Shown here in pieces: positions 1-9,552 of a DNA stretch of 64,000 nucleotides; the stretch's first letter is position 1, and every line of letters starts with the position of its first letter. The notes below the pieces were generated by a model, which saw only the letters and a list, made by a program, of their open reading frames with translations, did no database searches and had not been told where the DNA came from. The position numbers and the translations under genes are program-made. Source of the DNA: an uncultured Pseudomonadales bacterium (lineage in GTDB: Bacteria; Patescibacteriota; Microgenomatia; UBA1400; UBA12028). Location: the NCBI GenBank assembly GCA_964635905.1, contig CAZWPK010000001.1, positions 68,894 to 132,893 of the forward strand, in the 5' to 3' direction.

Positions 1-2
1 AC

Positions 3-131
3 CAGAGTGTGATCACCATGCGACGCATGATTGATATGCTTGGCAAAGATGAACGCACCATGATTTTGCTAGACCGATTAAAGAAAACCAAGACCAACAA
101 AGAGTTCTTGGCCTCACTCAAAGAGGGGTAA
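3..131 (+). CDS. rho: Transcription termination factor Rho, 3' end only (gene starts before window)
   Basis: Frame from base 3 reads QSVITMRRMIDMLGKDERTMILLDRLKKTKTNKEFLASLKEG*. The tail LxDRLKKTKxNxEFL is typical of the Rho C-terminus. Confidence 0.8.
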   Translation, partial: QSVITMRRMIDMLGKDERTMILLDRLKKTKTNKEFLASLKEG

Positions 132-191
132 GCACCTCTGGCACAGATCAACTAGCGTTTTTTCGTTGTATCGATTATCCTAGCAACACGC

Positions 192-1340
192 ATGACGATT
201 GGAAAACACGACAGTATTTTGGCGCAGTTTAAAACCTTTAACCAGTTTTTCAAACGATACTGGAAGGTTCGGGCGTACGCGTTGTTTTCTAAGTTTGAAT
301 TTCTAAAGGATCTGGTTGTTGATCTGCTCTACAAGCGACGCGGCAAGTATGCACGTCCCGTGTTGCATACACTCCTGTTTGTCACGCTCTTTTTTGGGAT
401 CACACTAGGACCATTAATTCTCAAGAATGAAACGGCCGAAGCAACCGCTCCGGACACCTTGCCTTCCGGGGTTCTGCTGGACTCCTCCGGTCAAGAAATT
501 GGTGGTACCGGAATTGTAACGGTGCAAGGAGAAGACGTCTTCAAATATCGGGGTGGAGAAATCTTTGAGCATGAAGTCTCCCAAGGTGAAACGCTGCAAA
601 CGATTGCCAAAAAATACAACTTGGAAGAAATCACCACGATAACCTGGCTCAACAACATCTCCGAAAAAGATCCCATTCGTCCTGGTCAAAAACTCCGTAT
701 TTTGCCAGTCGATGGAGTGTTACATAAAGTCAAGAAAGGCGACACGATCTGTTCGATCGCCAAAACCTACAGTTTGATTGAAAAAGGGGAAGACTGTGGA
801 TCGGGTGCCCAGCCTATCGTTGACTATCCCTTCAACACCTTTACCGATGATGAATTCGGTTTGCAAGTTGGTCAGTATCTTGTGGTTCCGCAAGGGGTAA
901 TGCCGACTCCAGTTCAAAGTCAAACCCGCCCAACTGTGTCACGTCCATCTACCCCCAACGCTGGATCGGTCAGTGCGACCGGCCAGTTCATTTGGCCAGC
1001 CTCTGGCCGCATTACTCAGGGCTATGCCTTCTATCACAAAGCTTTTGACATCGCCAATAAGGGTGGAGGTGCAATTCTTGCAGCCGATGCAGGGCGAATC
1101 ATTGTGGCAGGCTGGAAAGATAACTCCGGGTATGGAAACAGAGTCATGATCGATCACGGGAATGGCTTTGTGACCTTGTATGCCCATATGTCGTCGATTT
1201 CTGTCAAAGAAGGACAAACAGTTCGTCGTGGTGATGTTCTGGGCACTATGGGTTCTACAGGCCGTTCTACGGGTACACATTTACACTTTGAAATCCGCCA
1301 GGGTGGAGTCAATCAAAATCCAGGAACTTGGTTAAAATAA
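192..1340 (+). CDS. Membrane-anchored LysM / M23 family peptidase
   Basis: One TM segment, two LysM repeats (HEVSQGETLQTIAKKY, HKVKKGDTICSIAKTY), M23 motifs HKAFD, YAHM and GRSTGTHLHFEIR. Confidence 0.92.
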   Translation: MTIGKHDSILAQFKTFNQFFKRYWKVRAYALFSKFEFLKDLVVDLLYKRRGKYARPVLHTLLFVTLFFGITLGPLILKNETAEATAPDTLPSGVLLDSSGQEIGGTGIVTVQGEDVFKYRGGEIFEHEVSQGETLQTIAKKYNLEEITTITWLNNISEKDPIRPGQKLRILPVDGVLHKVKKGDTICSIAKTYSLIEKGEDCGSGAQPIVDYPFNTFTDDEFGLQVGQYLVVPQGVMPTPVQSQTRPTVSRPSTPNAGSVSATGQFIWPASGRITQGYAFYHKAFDIANKGGGAILAADAGRIIVAGWKDNSGYGNRVMIDHGNGFVTLYAHMSSISVKEGQTVRRGDVLGTMGSTGRSTGTHLHFEIRQGGVNQNPGTWLK

Positions 1341-1341
1341 T

Positions 1342-1659
1342 ATGGTAGAAGTTTCAAAACTAGTCTTGCTCAAACCCGAACTATTTCGAGGGACGAAACT
1401 ACGTATTGTCCAACTCTTGATCGCGCACAATACGAGCACAAAAGAGATCGCAGAGAAGCTAGGAATGTCTGAAGATACCGTGCGTGCGCATCTGTACAAA
1501 CAGCCCGACACCAAAAAAGGAGATCCAAGGGAAACCATCTGGAGTATCGTCGAGGAATTGGCAGATGGAAGAAGAATTGAAAATCTGACAGGAATTCTGG
1601 AATACATGATCACGACAGGTATAGTGGCTGTTGTCCCAATTGATCATCTCCGCGATTAA
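1342..1659 (+). CDS. Small helix-turn-helix DNA-binding protein (LuxR/sigma-region-4-like)
   Basis: STKEIAEKLGMSEDTVRAHL HTH signature. Starts 1 nt after the upstream stop. Confidence 0.65.
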   Translation: MVEVSKLVLLKPELFRGTKLRIVQLLIAHNTSTKEIAEKLGMSEDTVRAHLYKQPDTKKGDPRETIWSIVEELADGRRIENLTGILEYMITTGIVAVVPIDHLRD

Positions 1660-1692
1660 GTGAAGTAGAAAAGTAGTTGCTTTCAAAATGAA

Positions 1693-3078
1693 TTACGTGG
1701 AGCTAGAAGGAGCTTCTGCGTTGGGGAGTTCAAACCAGAAAGTGGAGCCTTTTCCAACCTGCGAACTCATCCCAATACTTCCATTCATCATCTCCGCAAA
1801 TTGTTTTCCGATATAGAGTCCAAGCCCGGTTCCTTCAATTGTAGCCATTTGCTTGAATGATGTGCCGACACGAGAGAATTTCTGAAATAATTTTTCTTGA
1901 TCTTCCTCTGAGATTCCCATTCCCGTATCCGATACTAGGATACGAATTACAGAGTTACGTTGTTCAACCCCAATGGTGACAGAACCTTGAGGTGTGTATT
2001 TTATGGCATTGGAGACTAGGTTGTTTAAGACATCTCGAATCTTCATGTCATCGGCAAGCACATATAACTCAGTTTCTAGTAATCCCACATGATTGATGAG
2101 TTCGAGGTTTTTGGCTTTGGCTTGAGGATCATAAATCTCGATTGTTTCTTTGATGACCTTCGAGAGGGGAATGGGCTTGAGCTCTAAACTCACACGTCCA
2201 CTTTCTATTCTTGAAACATCGAGCAAATCATTGACCAGCACAATCAATCGCTGAATCGATTCATAGGCAATGGTCAGATATTCATCCAGCTTTTCGGGAT
2301 GATCTTTGCCTTTATGCAGCGCCATCCAAAGATAATTCTTTACCGCATTCATTGGACTCTTAAGCTCATGACTTGCCATGGAAAGAAATTCGTCCTTGAG
2401 CATATCCAGTTTTTGCAGCGCTTCGTTTGCTTGACGAACATTTTCGTGCAGTTGAGCCCGATCGATGGCGATGGCAATCAAATCAATCACTTCTTCGAGT
2501 GTCTGTTTTTCGGCTCTAGAAAGGTCATCCGCTGGTTTTGTTAGCCCAACGGTCAAACTTCCCACGCTTTTTGTCCCTAACGCGATGGGATAAATAATAA
2601 GGGTTTTAATGCCAGTCAGGTTCTCAATGTCATCAGCGACTTCCTGGCTGACAAACGGAGTTATGATATCTAATACGTTTCCGGTGATCTGGCGTTTATT
2701 TTGATGAATGGATTGTGCGATTAAATTTTGAGGATCATTAATTTCCAAACAGAGCTCTTGTAAGGGCTTGCCAATCAGTTCTAGTGATTTTGAGATACCT
2801 TCTGAATTGGTAATGGCAACGGGGTAGAAGTATTTTTCATCTGGCAATACCAGTGAGAGCATGGAAAATGAGATGCTGAGCTCTTCGGAGAGTGTATCGA
2901 CGATCTTTTGACAAACGTCCTTAACATCGAGAGTAGCCATGCTGATTTCATACAGCTTAGACAGCACCCCTAACGTTTTATTATGAATAGCCAGCTGTAC
3001 ATTTTGTTCATACAACTGTTTTGCAATATCTGTTGAGCCAGATGCATCGTTTGGAATTACAGCTGTAGGATCGGACAT
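1693..3078 (-). CDS. Cytoplasmic GAF-domain sensor histidine kinase
   Basis: H-box FLSMASHELKSPM, N-box NNLVSNAIKYT, G1 DTGMGI, G2 GTGLGL. GAF-like N-terminus, no TM segment. Confidence 0.95.
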   Translation of the reverse strand: MSDPTAVIPNDASGSTDIAKQLYEQNVQLAIHNKTLGVLSKLYEISMATLDVKDVCQKIVDTLSEELSISFSMLSLVLPDEKYFYPVAITNSEGISKSLELIGKPLQELCLEINDPQNLIAQSIHQNKRQITGNVLDIITPFVSQEVADDIENLTGIKTLIIYPIALGTKSVGSLTVGLTKPADDLSRAEKQTLEEVIDLIAIAIDRAQLHENVRQANEALQKLDMLKDEFLSMASHELKSPMNAVKNYLWMALHKGKDHPEKLDEYLTIAYESIQRLIVLVNDLLDVSRIESGRVSLELKPIPLSKVIKETIEIYDPQAKAKNLELINHVGLLETELYVLADDMKIRDVLNNLVSNAIKYTPQGSVTIGVEQRNSVIRILVSDTGMGISEEDQEKLFQKFSRVGTSFKQMATIEGTGLGLYIGKQFAEMMNGSIGMSSQVGKGSTFWFELPNAEAPSSST

Positions 3079-3127
3079 CCTTACATCCTAACAAATTCGA
3101 GAGCAGAAGGGAACAAAAGATCTGTTT

Positions 3128-3958
3128 CTAGCACTTTTGAAGTGACGCAGTAAATTTATCAAATCCTTCAGCCATCACATATTCAATCTGGAGTTCCACT
3201 TTTTCCGATTTGCTGACGTGCAGCTCGTTAAGCGGGATGATGACCGGCATATTCAGATCGGTGGTACCCCAAAGAGACTGGCTTGGCGTTAAATGTATTT
3301 TGGACTCGAGAACAAGAGCATTGCATGTGCCGGGATTTATAATATCGAGTGTCATTTTTGCATTCACATGCGTCTCGACCGGCTGGTAGAAATTCACATC
3401 AGCATAAACCGTTCTTTTTGAAAGGTACTGCTTAACTTTTTTTCTGACTCCAAAATTTCTGGCCTGAATGACAAAGGGCATGTGGAACCCATAGAAGTCG
3501 AAATCGTAGTCAATTAATGTGGCAACACATTGATAGCGAAAGGGAATGATTTTAGTCCCAGGATGGATAACTTTTTGTGCATGTAACGCATTAATGACAG
3601 GCGCTTGTTGTTCCCCAACCATGCCAGTATCCATGAGCTCCATGGTTATGACATCGACCGGGGGAAGGGTTGAGAGCGTTTTTGCATCTGCATGAATGAC
3701 CTCAACGATATTCTCCAGACCATTTTGTTTGACGTTTTTGCGCGCAAAATGGACGATGTCCTCTGCGATGTCAATCGCATACACTTTTTTTGCACCGGCA
3801 CGAGCACACATCATCGCAAGGATTCCGGATCCAGTGCCGATATCAAGTGCTGTACAGCCTGGAGTCACCACGTTTTTAATTGCGTGTTGAAAGGCTTTAG
3901 TGCGGCGGAAATCCAGCAAACATTCTCCCACGACCATTAGATTTGAAAATACATCCAT
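3128..3958 (-). CDS. SAM-dependent methyltransferase, PRMT-like
   Basis: Motif I LDIGTGSGILA, LLDxxRTxAF leader, double-E-like loop MELMDTGMVGEQ, beta-rich C-terminal half. Confidence 0.8.
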   Translation of the reverse strand: MDVFSNLMVVGECLLDFRRTKAFQHAIKNVVTPGCTALDIGTGSGILAMMCARAGAKKVYAIDIAEDIVHFARKNVKQNGLENIVEVIHADAKTLSTLPPVDVITMELMDTGMVGEQQAPVINALHAQKVIHPGTKIIPFRYQCVATLIDYDFDFYGFHMPFVIQARNFGVRKKVKQYLSKRTVYADVNFYQPVETHVNAKMTLDIINPGTCNALVLESKIHLTPSQSLWGTTDLNMPVIIPLNELHVSKSEKVELQIEYVMAEGFDKFTASLQKC

Positions 3959-3987
3959 ATTCGAAGTAGATTACACGTCCGAGAATA

Positions 3988-4278
3988 TTATTGCAAGATT
4001 AGAGGGAGGTCTTTTGTAGAAATAGTGATATTCGCCTCGCGCAGGGCATCTTTACATACTTCAATAGAAGTGTTCCCAAAGATCTGGGCGTACTTATCGA
4101 CTAACTCAATCAGAATCTGTTGGGGATCAGTATTCGTGTCTGGGATCTGGACTGAATTTTGCGAGACAATAACTCCTTTGACCTTACTAGCTTGTTGTGT
4201 GGCTAAAGGCCCGATGATCTCTGTTTGATGTTTAACAATTGCGGTAGCGATTTCGCTAGCAACTGAATTGCTCAACAT
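3988..4278 (-). CDS. Small soluble hypothetical protein associated with the membrane sensor
   Basis: 96-aa helical ORF starting 5 nt after the stop of the multi-TM gene, on the same strand. Confidence 0.7.
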   Translation of the reverse strand: MLSNSVASEIATAIVKHQTEIIGPLATQQASKVKGVIVSQNSVQIPDTNTDPQQILIELVDKYAQIFGNTSIEVCKDALREANITISTKDLPLILQ

Positions 4279-4283
4279 ATGGC

Positions 4284-5099
4284 TTATTTACTCTTACGCA
4301 ATCTCTGGTTTACTAATCGTAATTCTAGAACAGCAAGCGTCATCATTGTATAGGCGGTTAAATAAATATAGTCGTTTATTCGTCCACCTTCCCAGGTTCC
4401 TATACTATTCTGGTATAAGAAGGTGAAATCCGCTAAGTATTGTAATAAAAAGGCAATAAGTAGAAGAAAAATTCTCGAACGCATGATTCCGCCAAGATAT
4501 TTGAAACTGAGAACATACACAAGCAATGCTAGGGAAATATAGATGGCTTGACCAAACGGATTGCCTAAATCGATCAACGTTTTAATGGGTTCGGAAAGAT
4601 TTAATTCATACCCGCGTAAAAACAAAAAGTACGATGCGGATAATAAGAGGACCGGATACAGAATGACTTGGATCCGATTCTTTAGGGTGCTACTTCCCAA
4701 CTGTGCTCTCACTGCTTTTGCCAACAAGAGCATTCCGAAAATGTAGAGGGGAATACTTCCAAAAAAACCTAAGTCTCCGATGGAAGGATAGGGGATTTCG
4801 ACATGTAGGACGTAGGCATAATAGGAATAGGCGAGCTGTCCAAATTCTTGCGAAAGTAGTCCGCCGGCAAAACACAAAATTGCTTTTCCAAATACACTAC
4901 GAGATCCGCCCCATTCCTGAGCAGTTTGATATCCCCAAAACGCTCCCCACAATGCAATCAGTCCATACACTGCAGCAAATATAGATCGTTGATCTGGACT
5001 TGCGCTCGGAGCTTGCACCAGAAGCCACCACAGGCTCAGACCCCCAAAGAAAAGTCCTGTGATGACATGATATGGTCGCTCTTTTAGAAAAGACGTCAT
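4284..5099 (-). CDS. Multi-pass (about 7-8 TM) membrane protein, stand-alone sensor-like domain
   Basis: Alternating hydrophobic helices, EIPYPSIGDLGF loop typical of kinase-associated membrane sensors, upstream of a kinase. Confidence 0.75.
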   Translation of the reverse strand: MTSFLKERPYHVITGLFFGGLSLWWLLVQAPSASPDQRSIFAAVYGLIALWGAFWGYQTAQEWGGSRSVFGKAILCFAGGLLSQEFGQLAYSYYAYVLHVEIPYPSIGDLGFFGSIPLYIFGMLLLAKAVRAQLGSSTLKNRIQVILYPVLLLSASYFLFLRGYELNLSEPIKTLIDLGNPFGQAIYISLALLVYVLSFKYLGGIMRSRIFLLLIAFLLQYLADFTFLYQNSIGTWEGGRINDYIYLTAYTMMTLAVLELRLVNQRLRKSK

Positions 5100-5105
5100 A
5101 GATCC

Positions 5106-5134
5106 AGCCTACGGAAAATTTAAAAAAAAGTCAA
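5106..5134 (-). promoter_or_regulatory. Sigma70-type promoter giving a leaderless transcript
   Basis: TTGACT-17 nt-TAGGCT, ending 6 nt before the ATG at 5099. Confidence 0.55.
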
Positions 5135-5186
5135 ACAGACGTACAGAAATACAGTATAATAGAAAGAATGTTTCTATTGTGCTCCT

Positions 5187-6098
5187 ATGATTCCTCAATT
5201 TCCTTTGTTTAAGGCTCTCGACCTTTCGGACAAAAATGACATTGAAGTGTTTACACAGCGCTATCCTCCATATTCAGACCATAACTTTACCGGGTTGTGG
5301 AGCTATGACACGAATTCACTGACACAACTATCGATATTGCAAGGGAACTTGTGCTTAAAGGTTCAAGATTATACGGATCTTTCCCTTTTTTATACGCTTT
5401 TAGGTGAGAATCAAGTTGATAGCACGATTCAAACCTTGTTAGAGCTAGCCAAGACTGAACCAGTAAAACCGTACTTAAAACTCGTTCCTGAAGCTGTCGT
5501 AGAGAAGATCATTCATCCAGAACTGTTTTACATCCAAAAGGACCGAGATAACTTTGACTACATTATTGATGCGGATGAATTTACTGCATTAGACGGTCGA
5601 GACTATCATAGTAAACGGAAAGACTACACGCATTTCTTTGACGAAAATAAAGATCCCATTGAGCTGACCGTGTTAAATATTTCTGATCCGCAACACCAGG
5701 CAGAAATTCTTCGCCTGTTCGAAGAGTGGAACGTGTTATCCGGCAAAGATGGAGACGAGAGTCTGCATGAGATGCAAGCGACCCAAAAAATCTTTTCGGG
5801 CGTGGGAGTCCTCAATCTTCATGCCTTTGGAATCCGTATTTCGGGAAAGCTTGTTGCCTATTTAATTGCAGAAGTGGTTCATCATTCTTATGCAGTTCTG
5901 CATTTCGGTAAATGGGATTATCGATACAAGGGGATCGGAACGGTCATTCAGCACCACAGCATCGACTCCTTAGGCAAACTTGGATGTAAGTATATTAACT
6001 ATGAGCAAGATTTGGGAATTGAGGGTATCCGGCGCGCCAAAGAGCTATGTAAGCCAGCTTTTTATTTAGAAAAGTATGTCATTTCGTCGTTGTCTTGA
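5187..6098 (+). CDS. DUF2156 / phosphatidylglycerol lysyltransferase C-terminal-like (GNAT-fold) protein
   Basis: YSDHNFTGLWS, DRDNFDYI, HFGK and YINYEQDLGIEGIRRAK motifs characteristic of DUF2156 proteins. Confidence 0.8.
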   Translation: MIPQFPLFKALDLSDKNDIEVFTQRYPPYSDHNFTGLWSYDTNSLTQLSILQGNLCLKVQDYTDLSLFYTLLGENQVDSTIQTLLELAKTEPVKPYLKLVPEAVVEKIIHPELFYIQKDRDNFDYIIDADEFTALDGRDYHSKRKDYTHFFDENKDPIELTVLNISDPQHQAEILRLFEEWNVLSGKDGDESLHEMQATQKIFSGVGVLNLHAFGIRISGKLVAYLIAEVVHHSYAVLHFGKWDYRYKGIGTVIQHHSIDSLGKLGCKYINYEQDLGIEGIRRAKELCKPAFYLEKYVISSLS

Positions 6099-6115
6099 AG
6101 AGGAGATGATATACT

Positions 6116-7060
6116 TTGGCTATGTCCTCACTTTTCTGGGTAGTCCCCGCGCTTCTGTCTCCGATTTTTGCGGCTCTCGTCAATCACATCGATAAAGCGT
6201 TGTTATCGCGATATTTTAAAGGGGGCGGAGCAGGGGCCTTAGTGATTTTTTCTGCGTGTATTGGGTTTCCCATTGCACTCTTTATTGCGATATTTTCTTC
6301 ACAAATCTGGGTGATAGCCCCATCCGCTGTAGCGATCTTAATTGTCAATGGAATGATCTACATGGCAGGGATCGTTCCCTATCTGTATGCATTAATGGAA
6401 GATGAAGCTTCAATCGTTTCCCCTTTATCGCAAATGATTTCTCCCATCAGTCTTGTTCTCGGGTTGCTCTTTTTAAATGAGGCTATCGCCGTAGAGCAGA
6501 TGGTCGGTGGGGTGATCGTTATGTTGGGAGCGGTGTTGCTGTCAATAAAAGTAGGTGAATCAGGGAAACAAAAAAGACATATTAGTATTAAGAAAAAAGT
6601 TGTGGGCTTAATGTTTGTAGCCTCTTTTTTTGTAGCCTTAAACGGGCTTCTTTTTAAATCGGTTGCAATTCATGCGTCCTTTTGGACGACCGCATTTTGG
6701 GAGTATGTGGGTGTCATGGTGTTTGGACTGCTTGCGTTCTGTTTTATTCCTTCGTATAGACATCAGTTCATCGATGTTTTACGACAAAATAAGCTCTCCA
6801 TTCTTAGCATCAATGCGATTAATGAGGTGTGTGCGGTAGTTGCAAAACTTACCTTACATTTTGCCACATTATTAGCGCCGTTGGCTGCAGTATTCTGGAT
6901 CGCTGAAGGTTTTCAACCAGTTTTTGTGCTGGTATTTGGAATACTTTTAACGATGTTTTTCCCGCACATTTCAAAAGAAGAAATCAAAAGACAAGTTCTC
7001 TATCAGAAAATTGCAGCAATTTTTGCAATGTTGCTGGGAACGTATCTATTGGCAAAATAA
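6116..7060 (+). CDS. EamA/DMT family transporter
   Basis: About 10 TM helices in two repeats, EASIVSPL..LFLNE signature. The start may be ATG at 6122. Confidence 0.85.
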   Translation: MAMSSLFWVVPALLSPIFAALVNHIDKALLSRYFKGGGAGALVIFSACIGFPIALFIAIFSSQIWVIAPSAVAILIVNGMIYMAGIVPYLYALMEDEASIVSPLSQMISPISLVLGLLFLNEAIAVEQMVGGVIVMLGAVLLSIKVGESGKQKRHISIKKKVVGLMFVASFFVALNGLLFKSVAIHASFWTTAFWEYVGVMVFGLLAFCFIPSYRHQFIDVLRQNKLSILSINAINEVCAVVAKLTLHFATLLAPLAAVFWIAEGFQPVFVLVFGILLTMFFPHISKEEIKRQVLYQKIAAIFAMLLGTYLLAK

Positions 7061-7078
7061 ACGCGAACAGTTTAACAC

Positions 7079-7438
7079 TTATCGGGATAACGTGGTTTGT
7101 TTCATCTCTTCCGCTTTGAAGTACTCTTTGCAGTAGTCTGCGGCGTCTTGCGTGTCAAAATCCTTACACGAAAAAATATCAATAAAAGCTCTATTTTCGT
7201 ATTCATCCATATGCACGGTAATCGAGGAGGTTTCGATAAATTGAAGGGCAGAGTATCCAGGTCCTGGATGTTTGCTTGGATCACCAAAGCGTTCGATGTG
7301 CAGTGGGCCATGGGCTTTCATCTCAATATGTGGAATGATATCCGCAACAAACTGAGCGATATATGTCGGGTCACAAATGAGATCGTGTGCACACCCGTGA
7401 AGGTCGATTGCAACTGATTTTCCCCAAGGCTGATACAT
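7079..7438 (-). CDS. speD: S-adenosylmethionine decarboxylase family proenzyme (short pyruvoyl-type)
   Basis: AIDLHGC, GYSALQFIETSSITVH (self-cleavage region) and AFIDIFSCKDFD. Confidence 0.8.
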   Translation of the reverse strand: MYQPWGKSVAIDLHGCAHDLICDPTYIAQFVADIIPHIEMKAHGPLHIERFGDPSKHPGPGYSALQFIETSSITVHMDEYENRAFIDIFSCKDFDTQDAADYCKEYFKAEEMKQTTLSR

Positions 7439-7499
7439 ACATGTTCTTTCTAACGGTAGCGAAATATGAAAGGTGAGTGCTACACAGCGTCAAAGACGG

Positions 7500-7529
7500 A
7501 TTATATAGCCTATATTATATATTTGTCAA
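7500..7529 (-). promoter_or_regulatory. Consensus sigma70 promoter of the SAM decarboxylase gene
   Basis: TTGACA (7529-7524), 18-nt spacer, TATAAT (7505-7500) on the minus strand. Confidence 0.75.
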
Positions 7530-7599
7530 ATTATAGATTCTAAAAAAAGGTCTGTGACCTTTCATCAACAGTAGCGTAACCAGAACAAATTGAAAAGAG

Positions 7600-7989
7600 T
7601 TAGCCTAAAATACTATGAATTTTAGCGAGGAATTGTTCTGGAGTGATGTCTGTTTTGATGATATATCCGTCACTTCCCAGAGCCTTGGCATTCTCTAAGA
7701 CACTTTCCTGTCCCAGTGCAGATAACATATAGATCGGACCATGCTTGGCGCGAATCGGATTGTTGTGCAGGGCAGTCAAGGTTTCCATTCCATCTTTGAC
7801 TGGCATCACAACATCCAAGAGAATGAGGTCAAAATGCTCCGTTTTTTCGATGAGTTCTAAGGCTTGGGACCCATTTTCTCCGGTGAGGACCTCATAGCCT
7901 TCATCTTTGAGGATTTCTTGATAGAAATCCCGGTTGTAGACATCGTCATCAATAATGAGAATACGTTTTTTCGTTGGGGAATCGGCCAT
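7600..7989 (-). CDS. Single-domain response regulator (receiver only)
   Basis: ILIIDDD, LILLDVVMPVKDG, MLSA, YIIK receiver motifs. TTGACA-18-TACTAT promoter at 8030-8001. Confidence 0.93.
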   Translation of the reverse strand: MADSPTKKRILIIDDDVYNRDFYQEILKDEGYEVLTGENGSQALELIEKTEHFDLILLDVVMPVKDGMETLTALHNNPIRAKHGPIYMLSALGQESVLENAKALGSDGYIIKTDITPEQFLAKIHSILG

Positions 7990-8162
7990 AGGTACTTGCG
8001 ATAGTACTCAGACTTTCAAGCCGCTGTCAAGCGTTGTTCTCACCAAAAAGCGTGTGTAAGAAAACCGCGCTCGTTATTCTGACGGCGACAGGATATACTA
8101 CACTTGAGAAAATGTAGCAGATGGGAAGTCTTTTTCAAGAGTCTTCTTGAACGTTCGATACT

Positions 8163-9506
8163 ATGGTTGATTTTGTCAAAATTCAGTTATCAGCAGGAAA
8201 CGGCGGAGATGGTCGGATTTCCTTTTTTAGAAATCGGTACCAGCCCAAAGGTGGACCCGATGGTGGAGATGGAGGAAAAGGCGGCAGTGTTATCGTTAAA
8301 GCCAACCCCCATCTGGCTACATTGCGCGATTATGCCGGGAAACAAGTGATTGCCGCGAATCATGGGGGAATGGGAGGCAAGGAGAAAATGCACGGCGCGG
8401 ATGCCGATGACATTATTCTTTCGGTCCCTGTTGGAACGCGCATTTGGAGTGTCATTGACACCTATTCACCAATACGACGAAAACGCATGTACACTGTGGA
8501 TCGCGATACCGGGAGAACAGAAACTCCGATCTATACAAAATCGCATCACACAGCGATTACGCAAAAAAATGGAGTCTTTGGGTTACAAGGTGCCTCTCAA
8601 TCTGCACGCGGAATTGAAGAGGAAGCGCAAGCTGGCATGAATGAGGAAGGTACGGAAGTCGAAGAGGTCACTCAGAGTGCGATTGATCAGACCGGATCAC
8701 AGCGCGTTATCAGAGTAGGGAGCCAGGAATTTTACGTCCGTTTAGTCGGAGATGTTATCGAGGAAGATCAAACGCTCTGTATTGCCAAGGGAGGGAAGGG
8801 CGGTCAAGGCAATTTTGAATTCCGATCCTCACGCAACACAACCCCACGACAAGCTGAAACCGGTGAAGACGGGGAACGCGGACTCTATATCTTTGAATTA
8901 CAACTTCTTGCCGATATTGGTCTGGTCGGATTACCCAACGCAGGGAAGAGCACGTTGCTTTCTGTGCTGACCAATGCCAGTCCCAAAATTGCGAACTACC
9001 CGTTTACCACCATTGAACCCAACTTGGGTGTCATTACCTTTGACTCTAAATACACGGATCGACATACGGCGGTGATTGCAGATATTCCTGGAATCATTGA
9101 AGGTGCGAGTGAAGGAAAAGGGTTGGGTCACGAATTTTTGCGCCACATTGCCCGCTGCGATGTCTTGGTCTTTGTCTTGGCATTAGAAGACTCGTTTATT
9201 CTTGAAAACTCTAAAAATACGCAAGTTATATTAGACGAACTGATCAAGCAATATCGACTGTTAGAAAAAGAATTGTCCTCATATGTTGAGGCCCATCCAA
9301 CCCAGGCTGCCGATGAATATGGGGTTGCGATGGATAAAAAAGAACGCGTAATTGTCTTAAATAAACGTGACTTATTATCAGAAGATCAACAACAGGACAT
9401 CTTTAAGGGAATGAAGGGAATTCAACCAACGATTTGTTGGACTTCTGGAGTGACTCAAGAGGGCATTGAAGAATTAAAGAAACTCCTGGTTTCCAAATTG
9501 CGATAA
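8163..9506 (+). CDS. obgE: GTPase ObgE/CgtA with a roughly 90-aa insertion in the Obg fold
   Basis: Gly-rich PKGGPDGGDGGKGG, G1 GLPNAGKST, YPFTT, DIPG, NKRD. Confidence 0.96.
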   Translation: MVDFVKIQLSAGNGGDGRISFFRNRYQPKGGPDGGDGGKGGSVIVKANPHLATLRDYAGKQVIAANHGGMGGKEKMHGADADDIILSVPVGTRIWSVIDTYSPIRRKRMYTVDRDTGRTETPIYTKSHHTAITQKNGVFGLQGASQSARGIEEEAQAGMNEEGTEVEEVTQSAIDQTGSQRVIRVGSQEFYVRLVGDVIEEDQTLCIAKGGKGGQGNFEFRSSRNTTPRQAETGEDGERGLYIFELQLLADIGLVGLPNAGKSTLLSVLTNASPKIANYPFTTIEPNLGVITFDSKYTDRHTAVIADIPGIIEGASEGKGLGHEFLRHIARCDVLVFVLALEDSFILENSKNTQVILDELIKQYRLLEKELSSYVEAHPTQAADEYGVAMDKKERVIVLNKRDLLSEDQQQDIFKGMKGIQPTICWTSGVTQEGIEELKKLLVSKLR

Positions 9507-9552
9507 CTATCGATTATTTGAATCTTGCTCTGCTCTAGAGTACGATTGTTTC

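Noticed and set aside
8445-8745. Intein in ObgE
   Set aside because: No C-terminal His-Asn followed by Cys/Ser/Thr and no recognisable splicing blocks.
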